Assembly: GCA_051961835.1 (NCBI GenBank)
Contig: JBQCCW010000287.1
Location: forward strand, 522 to 64,521
Reading direction: 5' to 3'
DNA from: Marmoricola sp.
GTDB lineage: Bacteria; Actinomycetota; Actinomycetes; Propionibacteriales; Nocardioidaceae
Length of the DNA stretch: 64,000 nucleotides
The notes below the pieces were generated by a model. That model saw nothing but the letters and a program-made list of their open reading frames with translations. It ran no database searches and was not told where the DNA came from. A program made the position numbers and the translations under genes. Positions 48,675 to 58,900 of the stretch are shown piece after piece (positions within the stretch are counted from its first letter, which is position 1; each line of letters begins with the position of its first letter).

Positions 48675-48932
48675 ATGAACCTCAGCCCGTTCTCCGGCGT
48701 CGTCCTGGGCAGCGCCGCGGTGGTGGCGTCCCCCGCCCTCTATCAGGGCTTCGTGACCGGGACGATGCCCTTCCACGTCACCCTCGTGCGCTACCTCGTC
48801 GCCACCCTCCTGGCGTGGGCGGCGATCTCGCTGGTCGCCGAGCTGGTCGGCCCCGGCGCCGCGGCACCGGTCCGGGAGGACCAGCCGGACGTTGCGCCGG
48901 CGCCCCCGACGTCGGCGTCGACGACCGACTGA
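48675..48932 (+). CDS. Small two-TM hypothetical protein
   Basis: GAAAGGAAGG RBS, two hydrophobic segments, GC-biased third positions. Confidence 0.7.
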   Translation: MNLSPFSGVVLGSAAVVASPALYQGFVTGTMPFHVTLVRYLVATLLAWAAISLVAELVGPGAAAPVREDQPDVAPAPPTSASTTD

Positions 48933-48939
48933 GCGCTGA

Positions 48940-49377
48940 TCAGTCCAAGCTCGCGTTGTACTGGTGGAGCATCTGCGCCAGCCCGGTGATCTGGTCGGCG
49001 TCCCAGCCGCTGAGCCGCTCGTCGTACCGCCGCCGCCGGACGACGTCGACCTCGACGAGCCGGCGCTCGGCATCGGCGGTCAGCTGGAGCAGCTGCGCGC
49101 GGCCGTCGGCGGGGTCCGGCTCCCGGGTCACGAACCCGAGCTGCTCGAGGTGGGTGATCTGGCGGCTGACGGCGCCCTTGTCGATCGCGAAGGTGTCGGC
49201 CAGGGTCGAGGACCGCTGTGAGCCGGACTCCTGGAGGAATCGCAGGATCTGGTAGCCCGTGGACGACAGGTCCGGGTGCATCATCCGCGCCCGCTGGCCC
49301 TGCGCCCGGCGGACCCGACGGATCAGCACGCCGAGCTCCTGCTCGAGCGAGGAGATCGACGCCGCCCGGCTGCTCAC
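48940..49377 (-). CDS. MarR-family transcriptional regulator
   Basis: IDKGAVSRQI..LE.LGFV.R.PDPADGRA winged helix; GTG at 49377 after GGAG. Confidence 0.9.
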   Translation of the reverse strand: MSSRAASISSLEQELGVLIRRVRRAQGQRARMMHPDLSSTGYQILRFLQESGSQRSSTLADTFAIDKGAVSRQITHLEQLGFVTREPDPADGRAQLLQLTADAERRLVEVDVVRRRRYDERLSGWDADQITGLAQMLHQYNASLD

Positions 49378-49439
49378 CGGTGCTCCGAGGTCCGCATGGG
49401 CCCCATCGTAGGGGTGGGCGACCGGGACCCGGACGTGAA

Positions 49440-49613
49440 CGACCCGCAGGTGTGGCACGGGCGTGCCGTCCCCGGCGGACGATCCGGGGGCACCTGCGGG
49501 TCGGGTGACTGCCGTGAATTGGCCGGCAGCCTGGTCACACCGGGCTGATCAGCCGGCAGCCACCTCACGCGTCCTGAAAGAACTCATTCTTCGGACCACC
49601 TCCTTTCCCGTGT
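49440..49613 (-). other. Candidate structured small RNA / small-peptide transcription unit
   Basis: Own promoter-like boxes upstream, extended SD, 12-aa ORF, then two stem-loop domains. Confidence 0.55.
49549..49587 (-). CDS. Putative 12-aa peptide MSSFRTREVAAG
   Basis: GAAAGGAGGTG 9 nt upstream of ATG; too short for the ORF track. Confidence 0.5.
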   Translation of the reverse strand: MSSFRTREVAAG

Positions 49614-49619
49614 GCGGCC

Positions 49620-49648
49620 ACGGTACGTCGACCCGGTGCGGCGCTCAA
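49620..49648 (-). promoter_or_regulatory. Housekeeping-sigma-type promoter TTGAGC-N17-TACCGT
   Basis: Canonical 17-bp spacing, just upstream of the extended SD. Confidence 0.6.
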
Positions 49649-49669
49649 CGGATTTCGGTCGGCCGGCGC

Positions 49670-51642
<1,973 letters not shown>

Positions 51643-51646
<4 letters not shown>

Positions 51647-53382
51647 GGGACGGCCACCTCCTCGGCACCGAGCTGGGAGGCGACGATCTCCTGATAGGTC
51701 ACGCAGGTCTCTAGCAGGTGGTCATGGGTGCCGCGACCGACGACCTCGCCGTCCTCGAGCACGAGGATCAGGTCGGCGTCCCGGATCGTCGAGACGCGTT
51801 GTGCCACGACCAGCACGGTGGCGTCGCGGGTGACCGGCCGCAGCGCGGCCCGGAGCCGGGCGTCGGTGGCGAGGTCGAGCGCGGAGAAGGCGTCGTCGAA
51901 GAGGTAGATCTCCGGTCGTCGCACCACCGCACGCGCGATCGCGAGACGTTGACGCTGACCGCCGCTGACGTTCGTGCCGCCTTGGGCGATGGGTGCCTCC
52001 AGGCCGCCGGGCATCCGCTCGACGAAGTCGCGTGCCTGGGCGATGTCCAGGGCCCGCCACAGCTCCTCGTCGGTCGCGTCCTCCTTGCCGTGACGCAGGT
52101 TGCTCGCGACGGTGCCGGTGAACAGGAACGCGCGTTGCGGCACCAGCCCGATCCGCGACCAGAGCAGCTGCGGGTCGAGGTCGCGTACGTCGACCCCGTC
52201 GACGAGAACGCGCCCGCCGGTGACGTCGAAGAGCCGGGGCACGAGGTTGAGCAGCGTCGACTTCCCCGCCCCGGTCGACCCGACGACCGCGACGGTCTGA
52301 CCCGGAAGGGCTTCGAGCGAGACCCGTCGTACGACGGGGAGGGCGGCGCCGGGGTAGGTCATCTCGACGTCCTCGAACCGGAGGGTGCCGTGCTCGCGCA
52401 GCGTCGTCACGGGGACGGGCGGTGCGACCACGGAGGAGTCGGTGTCGAGCACCTCGACGATCCGGTCCGCGCAGACCGCCGACCTGGGGATCATCATCAT
52501 CATGAACGTCCCCATCATCACGGCCATGATGATCTGCATCAGGTAGGACAGGTAGGCCGTGAGCGCGCCGATGTCCATCTCGCCGGCCTGAATCCGGTGA
52601 CCGCCGAACCACAGCACGCCGATCGAGGACAGGTTCGCCACGAGCATCACCGTGGGGAACATCGCCGCCTGCCAGCGGCCGGCGCGGATGGCGACGTCGG
52701 TGAGCTGGTCGTTGGCTCCGCGGAAGCGCTCGGTCTCGTAGTCCTCGCGGACGAACGCACGCACGACCCGGACGCCGGTGATCTGCTCGCGCAGCAGCCG
52801 GTTGACCTCGTCGATCCGCTCCTGCATCAGCCGGAAGCTGGGCACCATCCGGGAGATCACGAAGCCGATCGACACGACGAGCACCGGCACCGCGACCGCG
52901 ATCAGCCAGGACAGCCCGAGGTCCTCGCGCATCGCCATCACGACACCGCCGACCATCATGATCGGTGCGGACACCGTGAGGGTGCACGACATCAGCACGA
53001 GCATCTGCACCTGCTGCACATCGTTGGTCTCACGGGTGATGAGGCTGGGCGCGCCGAAGTGCTGGACCTCGCGGGCCGAGAACGTGCCCACCCGAGCGAA
53101 GATCGCGGCACGAAGATCGCGACCGAAGCCCATCGCGGTGCGAGCCGAGAACCAGACGGCGGCGACCGAGCAGGCGATCTGCAGCAGCGCCACCGCCAGC
53201 ATGAGGCCGCCGTGGCGCACGATGTAGCCCGTGTCGCCACGCAGAACGCCCTGGTCGATGAGGTCGGCGTTGAGGCTGGGCAGGAAGAGCGAGGCGATGG
53301 TGCCGACGAACTGCAGGGCGACGACGGCCAGGAGCAGCGGTCGGTAGGGCACGAGGTGCCGTCGGATGAGACGGAGCAGCAT
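51643..53382 (-). CDS. ABC exporter partner subunit with degenerate nucleotide-binding site
   Basis: [19 protein letters not shown] in place of LDE and AQR in place of AHR. Confidence 0.96.
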
Positions 53383-53964
53383 TCAGGACTCCTTGCCCGG
53401 GCGCAGGGCGCCGTCGAGGACGAGCGAGACGATGTGCTCGGGCGAGAGCAGCCGCCCGTCGCTGAGGTGCGGGTGGGTGCCCGAGAAGGTGAGCAGGCGC
53501 AGCACGTGCACGAGCTCGGCGGGAGTGCAGCGCAGCCGGTCGGCGTCGGGCTCGACGAGCGCGACCATCAACGCGTCGGCCCGCTGCCGGCCGTCGGCGG
53601 TGTGCCGGTGCGACCGGGGCGGCCCCACCATGCCCATGGCAGTCATCAACGCGAAGACGCCCTCGAAGCGGTGCTGCAGGCGCCGCACCAGCTCGAGCAG
53701 GCGGGGCCGCAGCGGCAGCGTGGCGTCGATGGCGGCGAGGTCGTCGAGGAACGGCTCGATGTCCATCCCACGCTCGAGGGCGGCCAGCACGAGGTCGTCC
53801 TTGGAGTCGAAGACCCGGAAGATCGTGCCCTCGGCGACGCCGGCCGCCTCGGCGATCTGCCGGGTGGTCACCGTGCGGCCGTGCTCGCGCAGCAACGGCA
53901 GCGCCGCCTCGACGAGCGCGGCCCGTCGTTCGTCGGGCGCCAGCGGCGCGGCACGGGGAGGCAT
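53383..53964 (-). CDS. TetR/AcrR-family regulator
   Basis: TTRQIAEAAGVAEGTIFRVFDSKDDL HTH. Confidence 0.93.
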   Translation of the reverse strand: MPPRAAPLAPDERRAALVEAALPLLREHGRTVTTRQIAEAAGVAEGTIFRVFDSKDDLVLAALERGMDIEPFLDDLAAIDATLPLRPRLLELVRRLQHRFEGVFALMTAMGMVGPPRSHRHTADGRQRADALMVALVEPDADRLRCTPAELVHVLRLLTFSGTHPHLSDGRLLSPEHIVSLVLDGALRPGKES

Positions 53965-53971
53965 GTCGGCC

Positions 53972-54000
53972 AGGGTAAGTGAGTGAGCACTCACTCACAA
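53972..54000 (-). promoter_or_regulatory. Leaderless promoter TTGTGA-N17-TACCCT with embedded palindromic operator
   Basis: GTGAGTGAG-CA-CTCACTCAC perfect 9-bp inverted repeat at 53979-53998; -10 is 7 nt before the ATG. Confidence 0.8.
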
Positions 54001-54209
54001 GCGGATTTCCAGAACGCGGCGCGAATGCCCCACCACGTCGAGTCCGCCGGGTGGGAACCTGCTCGGGTGTGGCACTCGTCGAGGCGTCGTACGGCGCACC
54101 GCCGGCTGGCCGTGTCCCTGGCGCCGGTTGCGGGCGCCGGCTGCAGCAGCACGGACCGGCACGCCTCCGTCAGCGGATCGCGGAGCGGGACGGGGCGAAG
54201 GCAGTCCGC

Positions 54210-54479
54210 TTATCGCCCGTAGACGTGGCTGCGTCGATCGATGTGCACGATCTCGACGGTGCGGACATCCTGAAGCACGCCGTAGATCACCCGGTAGTCA
54301 CCTCGGCGAGCAGAGTGCAGGCCGCCGAGCTCGCCGCGCAGCGGCTTGCCCACTCGCTGTGGATTGTCAGCGAGGGGTCCAAAGATGAACTCGACGCAAG
54401 CCGTGGCCATCTTCTCCGGTAACCGCTGCAGATCGCGTTCGGCTCGAGCCGTGACTCGGATCGAGTAGCGCTCCTGCAC
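54210..54479 (-). CDS. Type II toxin, RelE/ParE family
   Basis: AERDLQRLP, NPQRVGKPLRGEL.G, ARRGDYRVIY and IDRRSHVY motifs. Confidence 0.92.
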   Translation of the reverse strand: MQERYSIRVTARAERDLQRLPEKMATACVEFIFGPLADNPQRVGKPLRGELGGLHSARRGDYRVIYGVLQDVRTVEIVHIDRRSHVYGR

Positions 54480-54749
54480 TCAGGCGATCCCGTAGCGGGA
54501 CTTGAGTGCGTCGTTGTCGGCGAAGCGGCCTGCGGCGGCGTCAGCGAGGCCCTCGCTGATGGCTTCGGCAGCGCCGGGGGTTCCGAGAACCTCCAGAGTC
54601 TCCTCAATGGCGGCCAGATCGTCGGCGGAGATGAGGACCGCAGCGGGGTGACCGTGGCGGGTGATGGTCACCCGCTGATGGGTGCGTTCCACTTCCGAGA
54701 CGTACTCGGAGAGCCGGTCGCGGGCATCGCCAAGCGGTACGGCAATCAT
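54480..54749 (-). CDS. Type II antitoxin, Phd/YefM family
   Basis: ARDRLSEYV..V..THQRVTITRHGHPAAVLIS..EETL; abuts the toxin gene. Confidence 0.93.
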   Translation of the reverse strand: MIAVPLGDARDRLSEYVSEVERTHQRVTITRHGHPAAVLISADDLAAIEETLEVLGTPGAAEAISEGLADAAAGRFADNDALKSRYGIA

Positions 54750-54755
54750 GCTCAC

Positions 54756-54798
54756 AGTGTAGCCAAAATGTTGGGCAGAATTGGCCTGCCCAGGCCAA
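54756..54798 (-). promoter_or_regulatory. Leaderless -10 (TACACT) and inverted repeats upstream of the antitoxin
   Basis: TACACT 6 nt before ATG; GCCAA..TTGGC (54762-54785) and TTGGCCTG-CC-CAGGCCAA (54781-54798). Confidence 0.6.
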
Positions 54799-54802
54799 CT
54801 CA

Positions 54803-54916
54803 TCATGTGATCAGGTTGAACCGACAACGAGGTCCGCTGGCCGCGACGAATCTCCCGTCGCACGTGATGAGCCGACCATCCAGCCGTTCGGCCAAGGCGA
54901 CGTATGCCCCGTCGTC
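54803..54916 (-). pseudogene. vapC: C-terminal remnant of a VapC/PIN-domain toxin
   Basis: Manual translation DDGAYVALAERLDGRLITCDGRFVAASGPRCRFNLIT-stop matches the PIN C-terminal D..Y.ALA..L...L.T.D pattern; no N-terminal part recognisable. Confidence 0.75.
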
Positions 54917-55037
54917 CCCCCCGCACCGCGGCGGCCGCGTCCTCGATCGTCACACCGCTGCCGGTGGCGGGCGAGAATCGTCGTCGATCCCGATACCGCT
55001 CTACGGTGGACCTCACGCACATCGATGAAGGAGTCCG

Positions 55038-56207
55038 ATGCCCGCCCGCCGCGTCCTGCCCACCGAGGAAGCCGTCGACCTGATCGCGCTCACCCGCGCG
55101 ATCTGCGACAAGGAGCTGCTGCCGCTCGTCGCGGAGGCGGAGGCGACCGGGACGTTCCCGCGGGAGGTGTTCCGCACGCTGGGCCGCGCGGGCCTGCTCG
55201 GGCTGCCCTATCCCGAGGAGTACGGCGGCGGCGGCCAGCCGTACGAGGTCTACCTCCAGGTGCTCGAGGAGATCGGGCGGGTGTGGGCGAGCGTGGGCGT
55301 GGGCGTGAGCGTGCACGCGCTCAGCTGCTTCGGGCTGGCCGAGTTCGGCACCGAGGAGCAGCGGCGGCGGTGGCTGCCCGAGATGCTGGGCGGGGAGCTG
55401 CTCGGCGCGTACTGCCTCTCCGAGCCGCACGCCGGCTCCGACCCCGCCGCGATGCGCCCCCGGGCCGTGTCCGATGGGGATGACTACGTCATCAACGGCG
55501 CCAAGGCCTGGACCACCCACGGCGGGCAGGCCGACTTCTACAAGCTGATGGCGCGCACCGGCGACGGCCGGGGCGACATCTCCTGCTTCCTGGTCCCCGC
55601 CGACACGCCGGGACTCGTCGCGGACCCCCCGGAGCAGAAGATGGGCCTGATGGGCTCGACCACGGCGACGATGGTGCTCACCGACGTACGGGTGCCCGCC
55701 GAGCGCCGGCTCGGCGTCGAAGGGGAGGGCCTCCGCATCGCGCTGGCCGGCCTCGACGCCGGGAGGCTCGGCATCGCCGCCGTCGCGACCGGTCTCGCCC
55801 AGGCGGCGATCGATCACGCGGTCGTCTACGCGAAGGACCGGGAGACGTTCGGAAGCCGGATCATCGACCACCAGGGGCTGGCGTTCCTGCTCGCGGACAT
55901 GGAAGCCGGCACCCAGGCGGCGCGCGCCACCCTGCTGCACGCCGCGCGGCTGAAGGACCAGGGCCTGCCGTACGGGCGCGAGGCGAGCATCGCCAAGCTC
56001 ATCGCCACCGACAACGCCATGAAGGTGACCACCGACGCCGTGCAGGTCCTCGGCGGCTACGGCTACACCCGCGACTTCCCGGTCGAGCGGTTCATGCGCG
56101 AGGCCAAGGTCATGCAGATCTTCGAAGGCACCAACCAGATCCAGCGGATGGTGATCGCCCGGTCCCTCGACCGCTCCCCCGACGCCTCGATCGTCAAGGC
56201 TCGGTAG
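55038..56207 (+). CDS. Acyl-CoA dehydrogenase
   Basis: YCLSEPHAGSD, NGAKAWTT, GRLGIAA, LGGYGY and IFEGTNQIQR motifs. Confidence 0.96.
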   Translation: MPARRVLPTEEAVDLIALTRAICDKELLPLVAEAEATGTFPREVFRTLGRAGLLGLPYPEEYGGGGQPYEVYLQVLEEIGRVWASVGVGVSVHALSCFGLAEFGTEEQRRRWLPEMLGGELLGAYCLSEPHAGSDPAAMRPRAVSDGDDYVINGAKAWTTHGGQADFYKLMARTGDGRGDISCFLVPADTPGLVADPPEQKMGLMGSTTATMVLTDVRVPAERRLGVEGEGLRIALAGLDAGRLGIAAVATGLAQAAIDHAVVYAKDRETFGSRIIDHQGLAFLLADMEAGTQAARATLLHAARLKDQGLPYGREASIAKLIATDNAMKVTTDAVQVLGGYGYTRDFPVERFMREAKVMQIFEGTNQIQRMVIARSLDRSPDASIVKAR

Positions 56208-56210
56208 CCG

Positions 56211-56864
56211 TCACGGAGCGAGCCGCTCCCGCCCCCAGCCGTCGGCGGTGCGAGTGAACGCCAGCCGGTCGTGCATCCGACCGTGCCGGCCCTGCCAGAA
56301 CTCCATCCGATCGGGGCGTACGACGTACCCGCCCCAGTACGGCGGCCGGGGTACCGGTCCGTCGCCGAACCGTGCCTGCGCGGCAGCGAAGGACGCCTCG
56401 AGCTCCTCACGGCCGGCGACGACCGACGACTGCGTCGAGGCCCAGGCGCCCAGCTGGGAGTCGCGCGGCCGGCTCGCGAAGTACGCGTCGGAGACCTCCG
56501 CCGCCACCGGCTGCGCCCGGCCCTCGATCCGGACCTGGCGCTGCAGGTCGAGCCACAGGAGGGTCAGCGCGCACCGCGGCTCGTGCGCGAGAGCGCGACC
56601 CTTGCGAGAGTCCTCGTTGGTGTAGAACACGAACCCCTCGTCGGTGACGCCCTTGAGCAGCACGGCCCGGGCCGAGGGTCGGCCGTCGGGGTCGACGGTG
56701 GCGAGCACCATCGCGTTCGCCTCGAGCACACCGCCGGCGCGCGCGTCCTCGAACCACCGGTCGAACAGTGCCCGCGGGTCGTCGCCCGCTTGGTCCTCCA
56801 GCAGACCGCCGCGCTGGTAGTCACGACGCAGGGCGGCGAGGTCGTCGGGTCGGGGATCGGACAT
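56211..56864 (-). CDS. pdxH: Pyridoxamine 5'-phosphate oxidase
   Basis: R.VLLK, FYTN.DSRK, RQVRIEG and EFWQGR.GRMHDR motifs. Confidence 0.96.
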   Translation of the reverse strand: MSDPRPDDLAALRRDYQRGGLLEDQAGDDPRALFDRWFEDARAGGVLEANAMVLATVDPDGRPSARAVLLKGVTDEGFVFYTNEDSRKGRALAHEPRCALTLLWLDLQRQVRIEGRAQPVAAEVSDAYFASRPRDSQLGAWASTQSSVVAGREELEASFAAAQARFGDGPVPRPPYWGGYVVRPDRMEFWQGRHGRMHDRLAFTRTADGWGRERLAP

Positions 56865-56998
56865 GCACCCCAGCCTGGCACGGCGCCGGGTGACCGCCCG
56901 GCGACGGATCGCTTCCGAGCGCGGTGGCACAATGCCCACCGGACCGGCCGCGCTCCCACCATCGGCGCCCGTCCCCCGTCTCACGAAGGAGTCGTCAC

Positions 56999-58102
56999 AT
57001 GACCGAGGTTCACGAGGGACTCGAGGGCGTCATCGCCTTCCGCACCGAGATCGCCGAGCCGGACAAGGAAGGCTCGGCGTTGCGCTACCGCGGCGTCGAC
57101 ATCGAGGACCTCGTCGGCCGCGTCCCCTTCGAGAACGTGTGGGGCCTGCTCGTCGACGGCTCCTACACCCCCGGCATGCCGCCCGCCGAGCCGTTCCCGC
57201 TGCCGGTGCACACCGGCGACATCCGCGTCGACGTGCAGTCCGCGGTCGCCCAGCTCGCCCCCGTCTGGGGCCTCGGCCAGACCTACGACATCACCGACAC
57301 CCAGGTCCGCGAGGACCTCGGCCGCGCCGCGGTGATGGTGCTCTCCTACGTCGCCCAGGCCGCCCGCGGCCTCGGCCAGCCGATGATCCCCCAGAAGCGG
57401 GTCGACGAGGCGCGGACCATCGCCGAGCGCTTCATGATCCGCTGGCAGGGCGACCCGGACCCCGCCCACGTGAAGGCCGTCGACGCCTACTGGAGCTCGG
57501 CCGCCGAGCACGGCATGAACGCCTCCACCTTCACCGCCAGGGTGATCACCTCCACCGGCGCCGACGTGGGCGCCGCCCTGTCCGGCGCGGTCGGCGCGAT
57601 GAGCGGCCCGCTCCACGGCGGTGCGCCGTCCCGCGTGCTGCACATGATCGAGGAGGTCGAGAAGGGCGGCGACGCCTCGTCGTACGTCAAGGGCCTGCTC
57701 GACCGCGGCGACCGCCTGATGGGCTTCGGCCACCGCGTCTACCGGGCCGAGGACCCGCGCGCCCGCGTGCTGCGTCGGACCGCACGCGAGCTGGGCGCGC
57801 CCCGCTACGAGGTCGCCGAGGCGCTGGAGAAGGCCGCGCTCGCCGAGCTGCGCGAGCGCCGCCCCGACCGGGTGCTGGAGACCAACGTCGAGTTCTGGGC
57901 CGCGATCGTCCTCGACTTCGCCCAGGTGCCGCCGCACATGTTCACCTCGATGTTCACTTGCGCGCGGACGGCGGGCTGGTCGGCGCACATCCTGGAGCAG
58001 AAGCGCACGGGTCGGCTGATCCGCCCCTCCGCGTTGTACGCCGGCCCCGGCGAGCGGCCCGCCGACTCCGTCGAGGGTTGGAACCCCGTCTGGGGCGAGT
58101 GA
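56999..58102 (+). CDS. citA: Citrate synthase 2
   Basis: EHGMNASTF, GPLHGGA, MGFGHRVY...DPR and TNVEFW motifs. Confidence 0.93.
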   Translation: MTEVHEGLEGVIAFRTEIAEPDKEGSALRYRGVDIEDLVGRVPFENVWGLLVDGSYTPGMPPAEPFPLPVHTGDIRVDVQSAVAQLAPVWGLGQTYDITDTQVREDLGRAAVMVLSYVAQAARGLGQPMIPQKRVDEARTIAERFMIRWQGDPDPAHVKAVDAYWSSAAEHGMNASTFTARVITSTGADVGAALSGAVGAMSGPLHGGAPSRVLHMIEEVEKGGDASSYVKGLLDRGDRLMGFGHRVYRAEDPRARVLRRTARELGAPRYEVAEALEKAALAELRERRPDRVLETNVEFWAAIVLDFAQVPPHMFTSMFTCARTAGWSAHILEQKRTGRLIRPSALYAGPGERPADSVEGWNPVWGE

Positions 58103-58118
58103 CCCGTCCCCGGACGGC

Positions 58119-58820
58119 TCAGGCCTGCGAGCGTCGCTCGCCGGCCTGATCGGTCACGTCGCCGGCGGAGTCGTGATCCTCTCGCTCCTCGGCCTTGCCC
58201 TTGCGGTGCTCGTGGATGCGCCAGGCGATGAGGGCGAGCACCACGATCCCACCGACGGCATAGGCGACGTCATGGCCTGCCTTCTTCTCGATCGTCGCGT
58301 ACGACGACCCGGCGAGGTGGCCGAGCACCACGAAGCCCGTCCCCCAGAGGATCCCCCCGAGGGCGTTCCACCTCACGAACACCGGGTAGGGCATTCTCGC
58401 CGCGCCGGCCAGCGCCGGCATCATCGCGCGGAAGAACGCGGTGAACCGACCGAGGAACACCGCCACGCCGCCCTTGCGCCGCAGGAAGGCCTCGGCGCCG
58501 GCGATGCGATGACGGTGCTTGGCGAGGAACCCGCGCTCGAGCAACGCCGGCCCGAAGAAGTGCCGGCCGACCTCGTAGCCCACCGTGTCCCCGATGATCG
58601 CCGCCAGGACGATCACGACGATGGCCACCGGGAACGACACGTGTCCGATGCTGCTCGCCACGCCGGCGATGACCGCGGCCGTCTCCCCGGGGACCACGAA
58701 CCCGATGAAGATGGCGTCCTCGAGGAACACCAGCGCACCGCAGACGACGACCAGCCACAGCGGGTCGAGGTGGAGCAGGTGCTCGGGCAGGTTCTTGACG
58801 AAGTCCACGAGGCTGCTCAC
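58119..58820 (-). CDS. DedA-family membrane protein
   Basis: GFVVPGE, IIGD.VGY and FLGRF..FFR motifs. Confidence 0.93.
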   Translation of the reverse strand: MSSLVDFVKNLPEHLLHLDPLWLVVVCGALVFLEDAIFIGFVVPGETAAVIAGVASSIGHVSFPVAIVVIVLAAIIGDTVGYEVGRHFFGPALLERGFLAKHRHRIAGAEAFLRRKGGVAVFLGRFTAFFRAMMPALAGAARMPYPVFVRWNALGGILWGTGFVVLGHLAGSSYATIEKKAGHDVAYAVGGIVVLALIAWRIHEHRKGKAEEREDHDSAGDVTDQAGERRSQA

Positions 58821-58900
58821 CGGGTGAGTGTGCCCGAGACAGCCTGACCTGCACGTGAGCCGGCCGATTGGGCGCCGGGCGGATCGGGCACTCGCCCGCG

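Noticed and set aside
49593-49607. 16S rRNA 3'-end fragment on the plus strand (GGACCACCTCCTTTC)
   Set aside because: No other rRNA similarity around it; better explained as an extended SD on the minus strand
54001-54209. Possible gene remnant between tetR and the toxin gene
   Set aside because: No recognisable motif in any frame by eye; a blastx search would be needed
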